Positions 8,309 to 18,767 of a stretch of DNA of 31,668 nt are shown piece after piece. Numbering within the stretch: the first letter of the stretch is position 1; each line of letters begins with the position of its first letter. The notes beneath the pieces are model-generated. The model saw nothing but the letters and a program-made list of their open reading frames with translations. It was not told the DNA's origin and ran no database searches. This DNA is from an uncultured Dethiobacter sp. (GTDB lineage Bacteria; Bacillota; Dethiobacteria; DTU022; UBA8154), in assembly GCA_964419485.1 (NCBI GenBank), contig CAYQQF010000001.1, positions 1-31,668 of the forward strand. The letters run 5' to 3'. The translations under genes were made by a program, and so were the position numbers.

Positions 8309-10510
8309 ATGAGCAAGGCGGATACCGGAAAAAGAATTTATTATTATCCCTACTGGAAAAAACGAATTCGAGAAAACTGGTTTTCTTCCCTTATACGTGG
8401 ACAAGCTAACATCAGTATAAACTGGCTCAAGGTTATTTTGTTTCTGGGAACCTTTTTTATTGCCCGGTCGTCATTATTGGGAGAAATTTCCTCATTTGGA
8501 TTTATTTATTGGGCAATGATGATGCGTGTTCATCCCGGGAAAAAGTTTTTTGTTACAATTGCAGTTCTTTTAGGGTGGGTTACTATGCCGCCCGGCCTTT
8601 TCCCGCCCTGGTTTCTTCCGCTGGCTATGTTTATCTGGAAAACAACGGATATTTTTTGGGAAAAGTTCTTTAAAAAACACCTGGCTTTGTTTATTACTCT
8701 GCCCCTTACGGTTCTTGCTTTGCGCCTTCCCCTGCTCTGGTCAATGCATTTTACTGTTTATGAAACAACGGTTGTGATTATTGAAGCTGTGCTGGCCATG
8801 TTTTTGCCTTCTCTTATTCAGCCTTTTTTACGGGAAATGGAGACGGTCAAAGAGACAAATAAACTCTCCTCTGAAGGGGCGGTAGGGGGAGTATTGCTCC
8901 TGGCCCTTGTTTTTCTGGGGATGAATGAAATTGTTTTGCTGGAGCAGATTACGTTATTAAATATATTATCGCCACTTCTTGTCCTGATAGGGGCTTACCT
9001 GTGGGGTCCTGTCCCGGGATTGCTGGGCGGAACAGTGGCGGGTGTTTCTCTCAGTTTAAGCGATCCGGTGCTGTTCCCCTATGTGGGAGCGCTGGGAATT
9101 TCCGGTTTCCTTGCCGGGCTGCTAAAACCTTATCGCCGTATTTGGACGGCGGCAGGATATTTTGCTATGTTGCGTTTTCTTTCTTACTTTGGATTGGAAG
9201 GAGGTTACCACCTGACGGTCATCTGGGAGGATCTGCTCGTCGCGGCGCTTTTTCTCGTCCTTCCTTTATCTTTTTGGGAAAGAATGCGCGGATTTGGCAG
9301 TTTGCTTCCGTTAAGACTTGAAGATGAAGAAAATTTAAGGTTCACTGTGGTCTCTCGTATTAAAGAATTTGCGGAGGTTTTCAGAGAACTGGCGGTAACC
9401 TTTCAACCCCTGGGCCGGCCGGAGGCGGTTCTTTCCAAGAGGGATCTTTCACCCATGGTGGACTATTTCAGCCGCAGAGTTTGCCGCTCCTGCGACCATT
9501 ACCAGCGTTGCTGGAGAGATGATCTTTACAACCAGTATCGGAGAGTTCTGGCGATGCTCTCTATGGTCGAAGAAAAAGGTTCTTTTAACGAAAGAATGAT
9601 TCCGGTTAAATTGAGACGATACTGCCCCAGGCAGATGGAAATCGTTAAAACAGTGGGTAGTATGCGCGAGATTTACCGGTTAAACTGTTACTGGCAGGAA
9701 AAGATACATGATGGACGGATGATGGTCTCCGAACAACTACAGGGAATTTCTTTCGTGATGCACGACCTGGCTCAGGAATTAACATTTAAAACAGGCGGAC
9801 TGATAGAAGAGAAAAGAAATGGTAAGGTGCGCTTTTCTCTGGAAGTAGGCATTGCCCAGGTGGCCAGGAATGGACATAGTGTTTCCGGGGACAGTTATGC
9901 TATTCTGCCGCTCAAGGGAGGAAAGCAGGCTCTCCTGCTCAGCGATGGGATGGGGAGCGGGAGAGAAGCGCGCCAGGCCAGCCTTTCTGCTGTACGACTG
10001 ATGGAGCGTCTTCTGGTGGCTGGATTCCAGCAGGAAATTGTTATCAACACGATTAATACTCTACTGCGCCTGCGTTACCCGGCTGAGAAGTTTGCCACCA
10101 TGGACCTGGCCCTGCTGGATTTGTACCAGGGCGAGATTGAACTTTATAAGCTGGGTGCCCCTCCCAGCCTAATTAAAAACGGGGTTTCGGTAAAAGTAAT
10201 CGGATCGGGTTCATTACCCATGGGTATTCTGGAAGAGATTACTCCTGAGAGGAAGATTTGTCCTGTTAGTGAAAATGGGACAACCTTTGTGATGATTACC
10301 GATGGACTGTGGGATGAACCGGCAGATAACGAGAAAAACTGGTTAATCGTTGCTTTAAAGGAACTCCGGCACGATCATCCTCAAATTATTGCCGACCGGC
10401 TTATTGAGGAAGCATGCAACCGTTCTCCCCGGGGGGTAAAGGATGATCTGACCGTGCTGGTAGGGTCTCTGAGACCTCTGGGAAAATCCCGCCAAGAAGA
10501 AAGGATTTAA
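8309..10510 (+). CDS. spoIIE: Stage II sporulation protein E (membrane PP2C phosphatase)
   Basis: About 10 N-terminal TMs; regulatory region with FRELAVTF, CRSCDHYQRCW, VSEQLQG; PP2C motifs SGDSY, LSDGMGSG, FATMDL, ITDGL, KDDLTV; conserved position before tilS-hpt-ftsH. Confidence 0.9.
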   Translation: MSKADTGKRIYYYPYWKKRIRENWFSSLIRGQANISINWLKVILFLGTFFIARSSLLGEISSFGFIYWAMMMRVHPGKKFFVTIAVLLGWVTMPPGLFPPWFLPLAMFIWKTTDIFWEKFFKKHLALFITLPLTVLALRLPLLWSMHFTVYETTVVIIEAVLAMFLPSLIQPFLREMETVKETNKLSSEGAVGGVLLLALVFLGMNEIVLLEQITLLNILSPLLVLIGAYLWGPVPGLLGGTVAGVSLSLSDPVLFPYVGALGISGFLAGLLKPYRRIWTAAGYFAMLRFLSYFGLEGGYHLTVIWEDLLVAALFLVLPLSFWERMRGFGSLLPLRLEDEENLRFTVVSRIKEFAEVFRELAVTFQPLGRPEAVLSKRDLSPMVDYFSRRVCRSCDHYQRCWRDDLYNQYRRVLAMLSMVEEKGSFNERMIPVKLRRYCPRQMEIVKTVGSMREIYRLNCYWQEKIHDGRMMVSEQLQGISFVMHDLAQELTFKTGGLIEEKRNGKVRFSLEVGIAQVARNGHSVSGDSYAILPLKGGKQALLLSDGMGSGREARQASLSAVRLMERLLVAGFQQEIVINTINTLLRLRYPAEKFATMDLALLDLYQGEIELYKLGAPPSLIKNGVSVKVIGSGSLPMGILEEITPERKICPVSENGTTFVMITDGLWDEPADNEKNWLIVALKELRHDHPQIIADRLIEEACNRSPRGVKDDLTVLVGSLRPLGKSRQEERI

Positions 10511-10652
10511 ACCGGAACAGCCGGAGCAGGGTCCGGTATCAAAATCCTTCATATAAATATTTTTTACATAGGAAGGATTTTATTTCTCTTTTATAGAAAA
10601 ACTATCCCATTATAGAGCGAAAATATGAAGAGAAAATGAGAAAGGTGGATGG

Positions 10653-12158
10653 ATGGTCGTTTTTTCACCATTATACAAGTCTGTTAAAAAAATAATTTTA
10701 CAGGAAGAACTTATTAAAAAAGATGATCTGGTTGTCGTTGCTGTTTCGGGGGGTGCAGACTCCCTTTCTTTATTGGTTCTTTTAAACATGCTTAGAAAGG
10801 AAGCCAACTTTCCTTTTTCCCTTCATGTGGCGTATTTAGACCATGGCCTGAGGGGTAAAAATGCGGTCAGAGAATCCCGGTTTGTACGTCTGGAAGCGAA
10901 AAAGCTGGGTTTACCCTGTACCGTGGGGAGAGTTAAGGCAGGCGAATACAAAAAAAGGTGGAGACTTTCACTGGAAGATGCGGCCAGGCATCTTCGTTAC
11001 AGGTTCCTGCAGCAGCTGGCCTTGAAACTAAAGGCAGATTCCATCGCCTTGGGTCATAACCGGGACGATCAGGTCGAAACACTTTTGCTTAATTTACTCC
11101 GGGGAACCGGGCCGGATGGCCTGTCCGGGATGAAACTCAGACGTGAAACCGGGGAAAACGGTGTACCTCTAATCCGCCCCCTTTTAAATTCCAGTCGTAA
11201 AGAAATTGAGCGTTTTTGTCGTGACAGAGGGCTTAAACCCCGCTTTGATGAGACAAATTTGGACCCGCGTTATCTGCGCAACAAAATCAGGCGGGATATT
11301 TTGCCTTATCTGGAGAAAAACGTGAACCCAAACTTAAGGGTTGGGCTTTTCAGGTTGTCCCTACTGTTGGCCCTGGATAAAGATTTTTGGGGGCTTATCG
11401 CTGAAGACCGCCTTGCAGCAAGTATTCTGGAGGAAAAGCCCGGCCGGTTAGTACTTGACCGTGAAATTCTGGTCGGAGAGCACGAGGCTTTGCAGGGAAG
11501 GATGCTGCGCCTGGCCGTCAGCCGGCTTTTGGGAAGTATTCCCCGGGAAGTGGATTACTCTCGGACAAGAGCGGCGCTGGCCCTTGTTAATAAGAAAAAA
11601 CCGCGTGGAGTCGTTCTTTTCCCTGGGGGAATGGAGATATCCAGGAGTTATCAAAAAGTGATTTTACAGAGGGCCTTTTCCGGGAAGAATGGGAATCTGA
11701 AAAAGTTCTTCCCGGTTTTGCTGCCCGTTCCCGGAGAAGTGTCTGCCGGTTCGGAGGGTATTATATTCCAAGCGAGGCTCTCTTCCCCGGAGGATCTTGT
11801 CTGGCCTCCCGATGAAAAAAAAGAGGCCTACCTGGATTTTGACAGGGTGCTGGATCTATCCTCGTTAAAAGGAGTACATACCAGTGAGGATAAAGGCGCT
11901 GCAGCTCTTATTGTACGTACAAGGAGGCCCGGAGATCGCTTTTATCCCCTGGGGGCACCGGGAAAAAAGAAATTAAAGGACTATTTTATTGACCGGAAAA
12001 TTTCCTGGGAGATGAGAGACCTTATTCCTCTGGTTGTTGCCGGGGACGAGATTGTCTGGGTTTCCGGAATGCAGATTTCCCATCTCTGCCGGATTACAAA
12101 AGATACAAAACGAGCCGTTGTTCTTTCCTTTGAGCCCGGCTTACGCCTTTCAGGTTAG
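10653..12158 (+). CDS. tilS: tRNA(Ile)-lysidine synthetase
   Basis: PP-loop AVSGGADS, HVAYLDHGLRG, ARHLRY, LGHNRDDQVET, IRPLL, RNKIR; C-terminal TilS-C motif RRPGDRF...KKLKDYFIDRKI. Confidence 0.96.
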   Translation: MVVFSPLYKSVKKIILQEELIKKDDLVVVAVSGGADSLSLLVLLNMLRKEANFPFSLHVAYLDHGLRGKNAVRESRFVRLEAKKLGLPCTVGRVKAGEYKKRWRLSLEDAARHLRYRFLQQLALKLKADSIALGHNRDDQVETLLLNLLRGTGPDGLSGMKLRRETGENGVPLIRPLLNSSRKEIERFCRDRGLKPRFDETNLDPRYLRNKIRRDILPYLEKNVNPNLRVGLFRLSLLLALDKDFWGLIAEDRLAASILEEKPGRLVLDREILVGEHEALQGRMLRLAVSRLLGSIPREVDYSRTRAALALVNKKKPRGVVLFPGGMEISRSYQKVILQRAFSGKNGNLKKFFPVLLPVPGEVSAGSEGIIFQARLSSPEDLVWPPDEKKEAYLDFDRVLDLSSLKGVHTSEDKGAAALIVRTRRPGDRFYPLGAPGKKKLKDYFIDRKISWEMRDLIPLVVAGDEIVWVSGMQISHLCRITKDTKRAVVLSFEPGLRLSG

Positions 12159-12209
12159 AGAAGGCCTGTTATTTTTGATTATATGCATATCTTTAAAGGA
12201 GGGCCAGTA

Positions 12210-12743
12210 ATGGATAATGAAAAAGTTCAAGTTTTGCTTTCCAGCAGGGAAATTAAGGAAAAGATAAAGGAGCTTGCCGGGGCCATTTCCCGGGATTATG
12301 AAGGGAAAGATTTGCTGATGGTCTGTGTGTTAAAAGGAGCTGTTGTTTTTCTCTGCGATCTTATGCGCGAGATGAAGATCCCGCTAGATATAGATTTTAT
12401 GGCGGTTTCCAGCTATGGAAGTTCTACCGTTACCTCCGGTGTTGTGCGTATCTTAAAAGATCTGGACACCAGCATTGAAAACCGGGACGTGTTGATCGTA
12501 GAAGATATTATTGATTCTGGTCTGACGCTCGACTATTTATGTGAAAACCTTCTTTCCCGGAACCCGGCCTCCCTTAAGATTATAACCCTGCTGGATAAAC
12601 CGGAGCGCAGAAAGGTTAGGATAGAGCCGGATTATTGCGGTTTTCAAATTTCGGATAAGTTTATCGTCGGGTACGGCCTGGATTTCAACGAAAAATACCG
12701 TAATTACCCCGATGTGTGTGTTTTGCTTGAGTTTGATTCCTGA
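12210..12743 (+). CDS. hpt: Hypoxanthine phosphoribosyltransferase
   Basis: VLKGA, SSYG, PRPP motif [28 protein letters not shown] 12210 follows SD GGAGG. Confidence 0.97.
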   Translation: MDNEKVQVLLSSREIKEKIKELAGAISRDYEGKDLLMVCVLKGAVVFLCDLMREMKIPLDIDFMAVSSYGSSTVTSGVVRILKDLDTSIENRDVLIVEDIIDSGLTLDYLCENLLSRNPASLKIITLLDKPERRKVRIEPDYCGFQISDKFIVGYGLDFNEKYRNYPDVCVLLEFDS

Positions 12744-12755
12744 TTGTGATACAAT
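12727..12755 (+). promoter_or_regulatory. Putative sigmaA promoter for ftsH
   Basis: TTGAGT (12727-12732), 17 nt, TACAAT (12750-12755) with an extended -10 TG, overlapping the hpt stop. Confidence 0.5.
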
Positions 12756-12790
12756 TGAAAAACAGGTGCCAAAAAGGGGGTTTTCGGAAT

Positions 12791-14737
12791 TTGAACAGCC
12801 GTTTTTTACGCCAGGCAACCTTTTATTTGCTTGTTTTTATGATTGCCGTGGCTTTAATTCAGACATTTAGCCAGCCGCCGGAAGTTGTACACGATATTAA
12901 ATATTACCCCGACTTTATTAATTTAATTGAAACGGGCCAGCTTAAAGAAGTGACCTTAACAGGAAATGACGTTGAAGGCCTTCTGGAAAACGGGGAGAAA
13001 GTCAGGACATTCAGACCTCCTGACGATGATTTGACGGCCCGGCTTATCGAGTATGAAATTCCCTACGATCCCGGTCCGGAGCCCACGCCCCCGTGGTATA
13101 CCACTTTGCTGACGTACCTGATTCCTTTTATTTTGATCATTGGTTTATTTTTTTTCTTCATGCAACAGTCACAGGGCGGCGGGAACAGGGTGATGAATTT
13201 TGGTAAAAGCAGGGCCAGACTGCATGACGGGGAACGCAAAAAAGTGACCTTTGAGCATGTGGCCGGAGCTGATGAAGAAAAGGAGGAACTCCAGGAAATT
13301 GTGGAGTTTTTGAAAGAACCCAAAAAGTTTATTGATCTTGGAGCCCGTATTCCCAAGGGTGTGTTGCTCGTCGGCCCCCCGGGAACCGGCAAAACACTTC
13401 TGGCTCGTGCGGTTGCCGGAGAAGCGGGAGTACCTTTTTTTAGCATCAGCGGTTCGGATTTTGTAGAGATGTTTGTGGGAGTGGGAGCCTCCCGTGTGCG
13501 GGATTTGTTTGAAAATGCCAAAAAAAGCTCTCCTTGTATCGTTTTTATCGATGAGATCGATGCAGTAGGACGTCAGAGGGGCGCCGGCCTGGGGGGCGGT
13601 CATGATGAGCGGGAACAAACGCTTAACCAGCTTCTGGTGGAAATGGACGGTTTTGATGTCAATGAAGGAATTATTATTCTTGCTGCAACAAACAGACCTG
13701 ATATTCTCGATCCTGCCTTGCTCCGTCCCGGGCGTTTTGACCGGCAGATCACCGTGAACTTTCCGGATGTGAGAGGACGGGAGGAAATATTACAGGTACA
13801 TGTCAAGGGAAAACCCCTCAATAGGGAGATAGATTTAAAAGTAATGGCCAGGCGAACTCCCGGATTTACCGGTGCCGATCTGGAAAATCTTGTTAACGAA
13901 GCAGCCCTGCTCGCGGCACGTCGGAACAGGAAGAATATTAGTATGAGCGAGATGGAAGAAGCTATCGATCGCGTTATTGCCGGGACCGAGAAGAGAAGCA
14001 AGGTCATCAGCGATTTTGAAAAAAATATTGTTGCTTTTCACGAGTCGGGGCATGCGCTGGTGGGTTACCTGCTTCCTCATACCGATCCGGTGCATAAGGT
14101 ATCCATTATTCCCCGCGGAAGGGCGGGTGGGTATACCCTCATGCTGCCTGAAGAGGACCGCTATTATATGACCCGTTCAGAGCTGCTTGCCCGGGTGTCA
14201 ACGCTTTTGGCCGGAAGGGTCGCCGAGCAGGTTGTCTTTAATGAGATCAGCACAGGAGCTCAGAATGACCTCGAAAGGGCGACTTCAATTGTCCGCCAGA
14301 TGATCATGGAGTATGGGATGAGCGATGAACTCGGGCCGATTACTTTCGGGCGCAAACATGAACAGATTTTTCTGGGGCGTGATCTGGCCAGAGATCGTGA
14401 TTTTAGCGAGGAGATTTCCAAATCTATCGATAAGGAAATACGCAGGACGGTGGATAGGGCGTATCATATGGCCGAAGACGTTATTGTCAATAACAGGGAG
14501 AAACTGGAGAGGCTGGCTGCGGCCCTGCTGGAAAAGGAAACAATTGACGCGGAGGAGATCGAAACCCTGATCGAAGGGAAAACTTTGGGAGAGTCGCCAA
14601 AGGAAAGCCAGCCGGCAGAAGAAGAAGCTAAAAACCAAAAAGTCTGGGAAAAGAAAAACGATATGGGAGAAAAAGTGAAAGTTGTTTTTCGACCTGAAAA
14701 AGGTGAAATACACCCGAAACCCGGGGAAGAAGTATAA
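12791..14737 (+). CDS. ftsH: ATP-dependent zinc metalloprotease FtsH
   Basis: Two TMs, [45 protein letters not shown] zinc motif. Likely TTG start 12791. Confidence 0.98.
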   Translation: MNSRFLRQATFYLLVFMIAVALIQTFSQPPEVVHDIKYYPDFINLIETGQLKEVTLTGNDVEGLLENGEKVRTFRPPDDDLTARLIEYEIPYDPGPEPTPPWYTTLLTYLIPFILIIGLFFFFMQQSQGGGNRVMNFGKSRARLHDGERKKVTFEHVAGADEEKEELQEIVEFLKEPKKFIDLGARIPKGVLLVGPPGTGKTLLARAVAGEAGVPFFSISGSDFVEMFVGVGASRVRDLFENAKKSSPCIVFIDEIDAVGRQRGAGLGGGHDEREQTLNQLLVEMDGFDVNEGIIILAATNRPDILDPALLRPGRFDRQITVNFPDVRGREEILQVHVKGKPLNREIDLKVMARRTPGFTGADLENLVNEAALLAARRNRKNISMSEMEEAIDRVIAGTEKRSKVISDFEKNIVAFHESGHALVGYLLPHTDPVHKVSIIPRGRAGGYTLMLPEEDRYYMTRSELLARVSTLLAGRVAEQVVFNEISTGAQNDLERATSIVRQMIMEYGMSDELGPITFGRKHEQIFLGRDLARDRDFSEEISKSIDKEIRRTVDRAYHMAEDVIVNNREKLERLAAALLEKETIDAEEIETLIEGKTLGESPKESQPAEEEAKNQKVWEKKNDMGEKVKVVFRPEKGEIHPKPGEEV

Positions 14738-14759
14738 GTATTAGGATTGCGGAGGTTCA

Positions 14760-16526
14760 ATGATGGCCCTGGATCCAACGAAATATGCTGATTGGGAAAT
14801 TGCGGAAGAAGCAGAGTCGCAGATGAAAACAGTTTACCAGCTCGGAGAAGAGATGGGCCTGGAAAAAGAAGAGCTTCTTCCCTATGGTCATTATATTGCC
14901 AAAATTGACTACAAGAAAGTTTTGGATCGTTTAAAAGACAAGCCCGACGGTAAATATATTAATGTAACAGCTATTACACCTACTCCACTGGGAGAAGGGA
15001 AATCTACTTCCCTGATAGGTCTTGTCCAGGGATTGGGGAAACGAGGAAAAAATGTTATTGGTGCCATAAGACAGCCATCCGGCGGTCCGACCATGAACCT
15101 TAAGGGTTCGGCTGCCGGTGGAGGACTTGCACAATGTATCCCCCTTACAGAGTTTTCTCTGGGTATGACAGGTGATATTAATGCTGTTATGAATGCGCAT
15201 AATCTGGCCATGGTCGCTTTAACGGCACGCATGCAGCACGAATTTAATTATAGTGATAATTTTTTAAAAAAACTGGGGCTAAGGCGCTTAGACATTGACC
15301 CCAGGAACGTGGAAATGAAATGGCTGATAGACTTTTGCGCCCAGTCGCTTCGCAATATTGTTATCGGTATCGGCGGAAAACAAGACGGCTTTATGATGAA
15401 TTCCGGTTTTACTATCGCTGTTGCATCTGAAGTTATGGCTATCCTGGCCGTCTCCCGAGATATTAAGGATATGCGGGAACGGATGGCCAGGATCATTGTT
15501 GCTTACGACAAAAAGGGCAACCCTGTTACCACTGCCGATCTGGAGGTTGACGGGGCCATGACGGCCTGGATGGTCAAAGCTTTAAATCCCAATCTTATGC
15601 AGACACTTGAAGGGCAGCCCTGTTTAGTCCACGCGGGTCCCTTTGCCAATGTTGCTATCGGACAGAATTCTATTATTGCCGACCGCGTCGCCCTGAAACT
15701 AGGCGATTACGTGGCTACGGAATCAGGGTTTGCAGCAGATATCGGTTTTGAAAAATTTTGGAACATTAAGACCCGCATGTCTGGTCTCGTGCCAAGCTGT
15801 GCTGTTCTCGTTGCCACCATTCGTTCTTTGAAATGCCATGGCGGTGCGCCGATTCCCGTACCGGGGAAGCCTCTGGATCCTTCTTACAGCCGGGAGAATA
15901 TCCCCTGGGTGGAAAAAGGCTGCGAAAACCTTATTCATCTCATCAATGTGATTAAGAAGTCCGGTATGACACCGGTAGTCTGTATCAATGCCTTCTATAC
16001 GGATACCGATAAAGAAATTGAAGTTGTCCGCCGCCTGGCTGAAGAAACGGGGGCAAGAGTTGCCCTTTCCAGGCACTGGCAGCTTGGCGGGGAGGGAGCC
16101 CTTGAGCTGGCTGATGCTGTTATCGAAGCCTGCGAAGAGAAGACGGAATTTAAGATCCTTTATGAGCTTGAGACTCCACTGCGCCGGCGTATTGAAATGA
16201 TCGCCAAAGAAGTATACGGGGCCGACGGAGTTGAATATTCACCTGAAGCCATGGAAAAAGCTAAGAGAATGGAAGCGGACCCGGAGGTCCGGCAGATGGG
16301 TACGTGTATGGTTAAGACCCATCTGAGTCTTTCCGATAATCCTAATTTGAAGGGTGTGCCCAGGGGCTGGACGCTTTTTGTCCGCGATATTTTGATTTAC
16401 AAAGGAGCAGGTTTTGTTGTTCCAGTTTGCGGTCCGATCAGCCTGATGCCTGGGACAGGCTCTAATCCGGCTTTTCGCCGTATTGATGTCGATGTGGAAA
16501 CTGGAAGAGTAAAAGGTCTTTTCTAG
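14760..16526 (+). CDS. fhs: Formate--tetrahydrofolate ligase (long 588-aa type)
   Basis: [62 protein letters not shown]; ends GRVKGLF. Confidence 0.95.
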   Translation: MMALDPTKYADWEIAEEAESQMKTVYQLGEEMGLEKEELLPYGHYIAKIDYKKVLDRLKDKPDGKYINVTAITPTPLGEGKSTSLIGLVQGLGKRGKNVIGAIRQPSGGPTMNLKGSAAGGGLAQCIPLTEFSLGMTGDINAVMNAHNLAMVALTARMQHEFNYSDNFLKKLGLRRLDIDPRNVEMKWLIDFCAQSLRNIVIGIGGKQDGFMMNSGFTIAVASEVMAILAVSRDIKDMRERMARIIVAYDKKGNPVTTADLEVDGAMTAWMVKALNPNLMQTLEGQPCLVHAGPFANVAIGQNSIIADRVALKLGDYVATESGFAADIGFEKFWNIKTRMSGLVPSCAVLVATIRSLKCHGGAPIPVPGKPLDPSYSRENIPWVEKGCENLIHLINVIKKSGMTPVVCINAFYTDTDKEIEVVRRLAEETGARVALSRHWQLGGEGALELADAVIEACEEKTEFKILYELETPLRRRIEMIAKEVYGADGVEYSPEAMEKAKRMEADPEVRQMGTCMVKTHLSLSDNPNLKGVPRGWTLFVRDILIYKGAGFVVPVCGPISLMPGTGSNPAFRRIDVDVETGRVKGLF

Positions 16527-16563
16527 TAATTACAAAGCAATTCAACTAACCTGATAGTGCGTT

Positions 16564-16601
16564 CTTGGGTTATTCTGAATTCCCGAATACCCAAGGTTTT
16601 T
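16564..16601 (+). terminator. Intrinsic terminator after fhs
   Basis: CTTGGGT(TATTC)...(GAAT)ACCCAAG stem followed by GTTTTT. Confidence 0.6.
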
Positions 16602-16611
16602 GATGTTTTTC

Positions 16612-16722
16612 GGCAGAGTAGGTGTCATGCGTTAAGTGCTAAGGGATGGGAAGTTGCCCTTAGACGAAAGGCGCCCTGTTAAACAGCAGGAGTGTCTGCG
16701 ATGTGGCCCCGCATCCACTGCC
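16612..16722 (+). ncRNA. THF (tetrahydrofolate) riboswitch aptamer
   Basis: Consensus blocks GGCAGAGTAGG, GCGTTAAGTG, GGATGGGAAGTTGCC, ACGAA, GCG, CCGCATCCACTGCC in the correct order; P1 GGCAG/CTGCC; lies upstream of folT. Confidence 0.9.
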
Positions 16723-16803
16723 ACGCAAGAGCAAAAGCAAACATCTCTTTTCTCTTGGATGTGGCAGCCTGTCCATCCTTTGAGAAAGGAGGTGTTTTTT
16801 TAA

Positions 16804-17376
16804 ATGAACAGGATTACAACACAAATGATGACCCGTATGGCTTTGCTGATCGCACTGAATATTATTTTAGCCAGAATGTTAAGCGTAAGGATTCCTCTCG
16901 GCGGGGTTGAAGGGTTGCGTATCGGTTTCAGCTCGTTGCCTGTGATTTTTGCCGGTATTTTCTTCGGCCCTGCAGCAGGGGGGATTGTAGGAGCAATCGG
17001 TGACATGATTGGTTTCTTTATTAGCCCGGTCGGTGCGTATATGCCTCTTATCACACTTAATGCAGCCCTGAGGGGAGTTATTCCCGGACTTGTAATCCTG
17101 CTGCTCAGCAGAGGAAGAAGGGAGATTGGCATATTTCCTCTTTTCCTGGCTGTTTGCAGTACGTTAATTGTTACCGATGTTCTTGTCCTTCCGTATTTAC
17201 TGGAGATGCTTTTCGGTTTGAGCAGGGTTGTTACTGTGCCGCCGCGGATTCTTCAAAATGCTGTTTCTATTCCCGCTTATACGGTCTTGCTGTTTAGTTT
17301 AGGCCGTGCGACGGAAAAAGTTTTTACAACTGGTTTGGGCCGGGGAATACTGCACCTGTCCGGTAAGATATGGTAG
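16804..17376 (+). CDS. folT: Folate ECF transporter S component
   Basis: About 6 TMs; ALLIALNIIL, RIGF..LP, FGP..GGIVGAIGD, FxP..TL.A.L.G.I.G; downstream of a THF riboswitch; SD AAGGAGG. Confidence 0.9.
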   Translation: MNRITTQMMTRMALLIALNIILARMLSVRIPLGGVEGLRIGFSSLPVIFAGIFFGPAAGGIVGAIGDMIGFFISPVGAYMPLITLNAALRGVIPGLVILLLSRGRREIGIFPLFLAVCSTLIVTDVLVLPYLLEMLFGLSRVVTVPPRILQNAVSIPAYTVLLFSLGRATEKVFTTGLGRGILHLSGKIW

Positions 17377-17380
17377 CTGT

Positions 17381-17420
17381 CAGTTCAGGCCTGCACTCGT
17401 TCTGAGTGCAGGCCTGACTG
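17381..17420. terminator. Strong hairpin between convergent genes (probable bidirectional terminator)
   Basis: Perfect 13-bp stem CAGGCCTGCACTC (17386-17398) / GAGTGCAGGCCTG (17404-17416), 5-nt loop. Confidence 0.75.
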
Positions 17421-17441
17421 TTGAATTAAGAATTCCCGGTT

Positions 17442-18767
17442 TTAGAAATTCAGCAGACGGGGCAGGAACAAAAGCAGGGTCAAAATCAGGGTGTTCCCCA
17501 AAATACTTCTTGTTTTCTGATAGGTGTAACCGAGGATGAGCGCTGTTCCCGGAACAAAGAAAAGAAGTTCGCAGAGTAAAAGAATATTTCTGTTCTGCTC
17601 CGGGATATTCCCATAGGTGGAGACAAAAAATATGCCGGTAAAAAGAAGTGTATTAATTAAAAGGCCGGCTCTTTTTCCCCAAAGCCTTTCCAGGATTGTT
17701 TGTAAAAAATTTCTCCAGACAAGTTCAAATGCTGCGGCCCAGGAAAAAAAGTGTATGAACTGTACAAGAAGCTGCCGGGTATTGACCGAGCCAAATAAAT
17801 CCGAGGGGATTTTTAATGTTGAGAAAACGGTTATGACCAGTGAAATAACCAGTGCCAGTGCAGTATCCCGCGGAAATTGACGCCACTGGAAACCGCTGTA
17901 TTGCGGGGGAATTTTGCCTTTATACGCCAGCCCCTGGACCAGGAGAAAAAGGGCAAGATATAAAATGAGGAAAGAAGTAGAGATTTCACTGCGAAAAGGG
18001 TTGGAAAGCTCCGGCCAAAACTTGTGCATAAGGAAGAGGAGGACAAAGACCGCCAGTCCTAAAAATTTCTCCGCTAAGACAGGAGGTGTCTTGAGAAAAG
18101 CAGCCAGGCTGTAAGATGGTTTTAAATCAAGGGTTAAGAGCTGGGTAACGAGAAAGATAATAGCTATAACCAGGCTAAAGTAAAGCATCAGCCGGGGCAA
18201 AAGACCCCCATAAACTTCTGAAAACGCCGGTTGCACAAGGGGGGCTCCGTTATATTCCAGGTAAAGATAGCTGCTTCCAACCGGAGGAAGAAAGATTCGT
18301 TCAAAGCCGAGAGAATGAATGGACGGATTGTGAAAAAGCTGCCTGGCAGTAACAGCGAACCTTCTTTTAAGGTGCTGATCCTCCTGCGGCAGGAAAAGGG
18401 TATCTCCCTTCAGGTGGAGATATGTTTCCGCATCCACGACCAGATAACCGCCTGTAATTTTCTCACGGCTATCACGGTGGACGGCTTCTCCTTCTCCAAG
18501 GAATATGAAACCGGTGAATGTGTCATTAAGCGGAATAGGGCTGATCATGCTTCCCTGGGGGAGAGATACTTCATAACCTTCGAGGGAAAATGAAAAGGGT
18601 TCGCTTTGATATACCTGGTTATAGCCGACGTTTGGTGCAATGATCCCTAAGCAGGCCTCTCTTTTCTCTGAAAAAACAAGAGAAAAAGCAGCAAAGCATA
18701 AAAGAACAATAGCGATAAAGAGAGAAAAAAAACGAGTTATGGCGTTTGCTTTAAAAATTTTTTTCAT
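17442..18767 (-). CDS. Membrane protein with extracytoplasmic N-terminal domain and degenerate CPBP (Abi/CAAX) domain
   Basis: 441 aa: N-terminal TM, about 160-aa soluble region, then about 8-9 TMs ending FELVWRNFLQ...LINTLLFTGIF...YQKTRSILG (CPBP-like spacing). Confidence 0.65.
   Translation of the reverse strand: MKKIFKANAITRFFSLFIAIVLLCFAAFSLVFSEKREACLGIIAPNVGYNQVYQSEPFSFSLEGYEVSLPQGSMISPIPLNDTFTGFIFLGEGEAVHRDSREKITGGYLVVDAETYLHLKGDTLFLPQEDQHLKRRFAVTARQLFHNPSIHSLGFERIFLPPVGSSYLYLEYNGAPLVQPAFSEVYGGLLPRLMLYFSLVIAIIFLVTQLLTLDLKPSYSLAAFLKTPPVLAEKFLGLAVFVLLFLMHKFWPELSNPFRSEISTSFLILYLALFLLVQGLAYKGKIPPQYSGFQWRQFPRDTALALVISLVITVFSTLKIPSDLFGSVNTRQLLVQFIHFFSWAAAFELVWRNFLQTILERLWGKRAGLLINTLLFTGIFFVSTYGNIPEQNRNILLLCELLFFVPGTALILGYTYQKTRSILGNTLILTLLLFLPRLLNF

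Noticed and set aside
10572-10599. SigmaH-like promoter before tilS (GAAGGATTT...ATAGAAA)
   Set aside because: The -10 reads GAAA rather than GAAT in AT-rich DNA; too weak to call.
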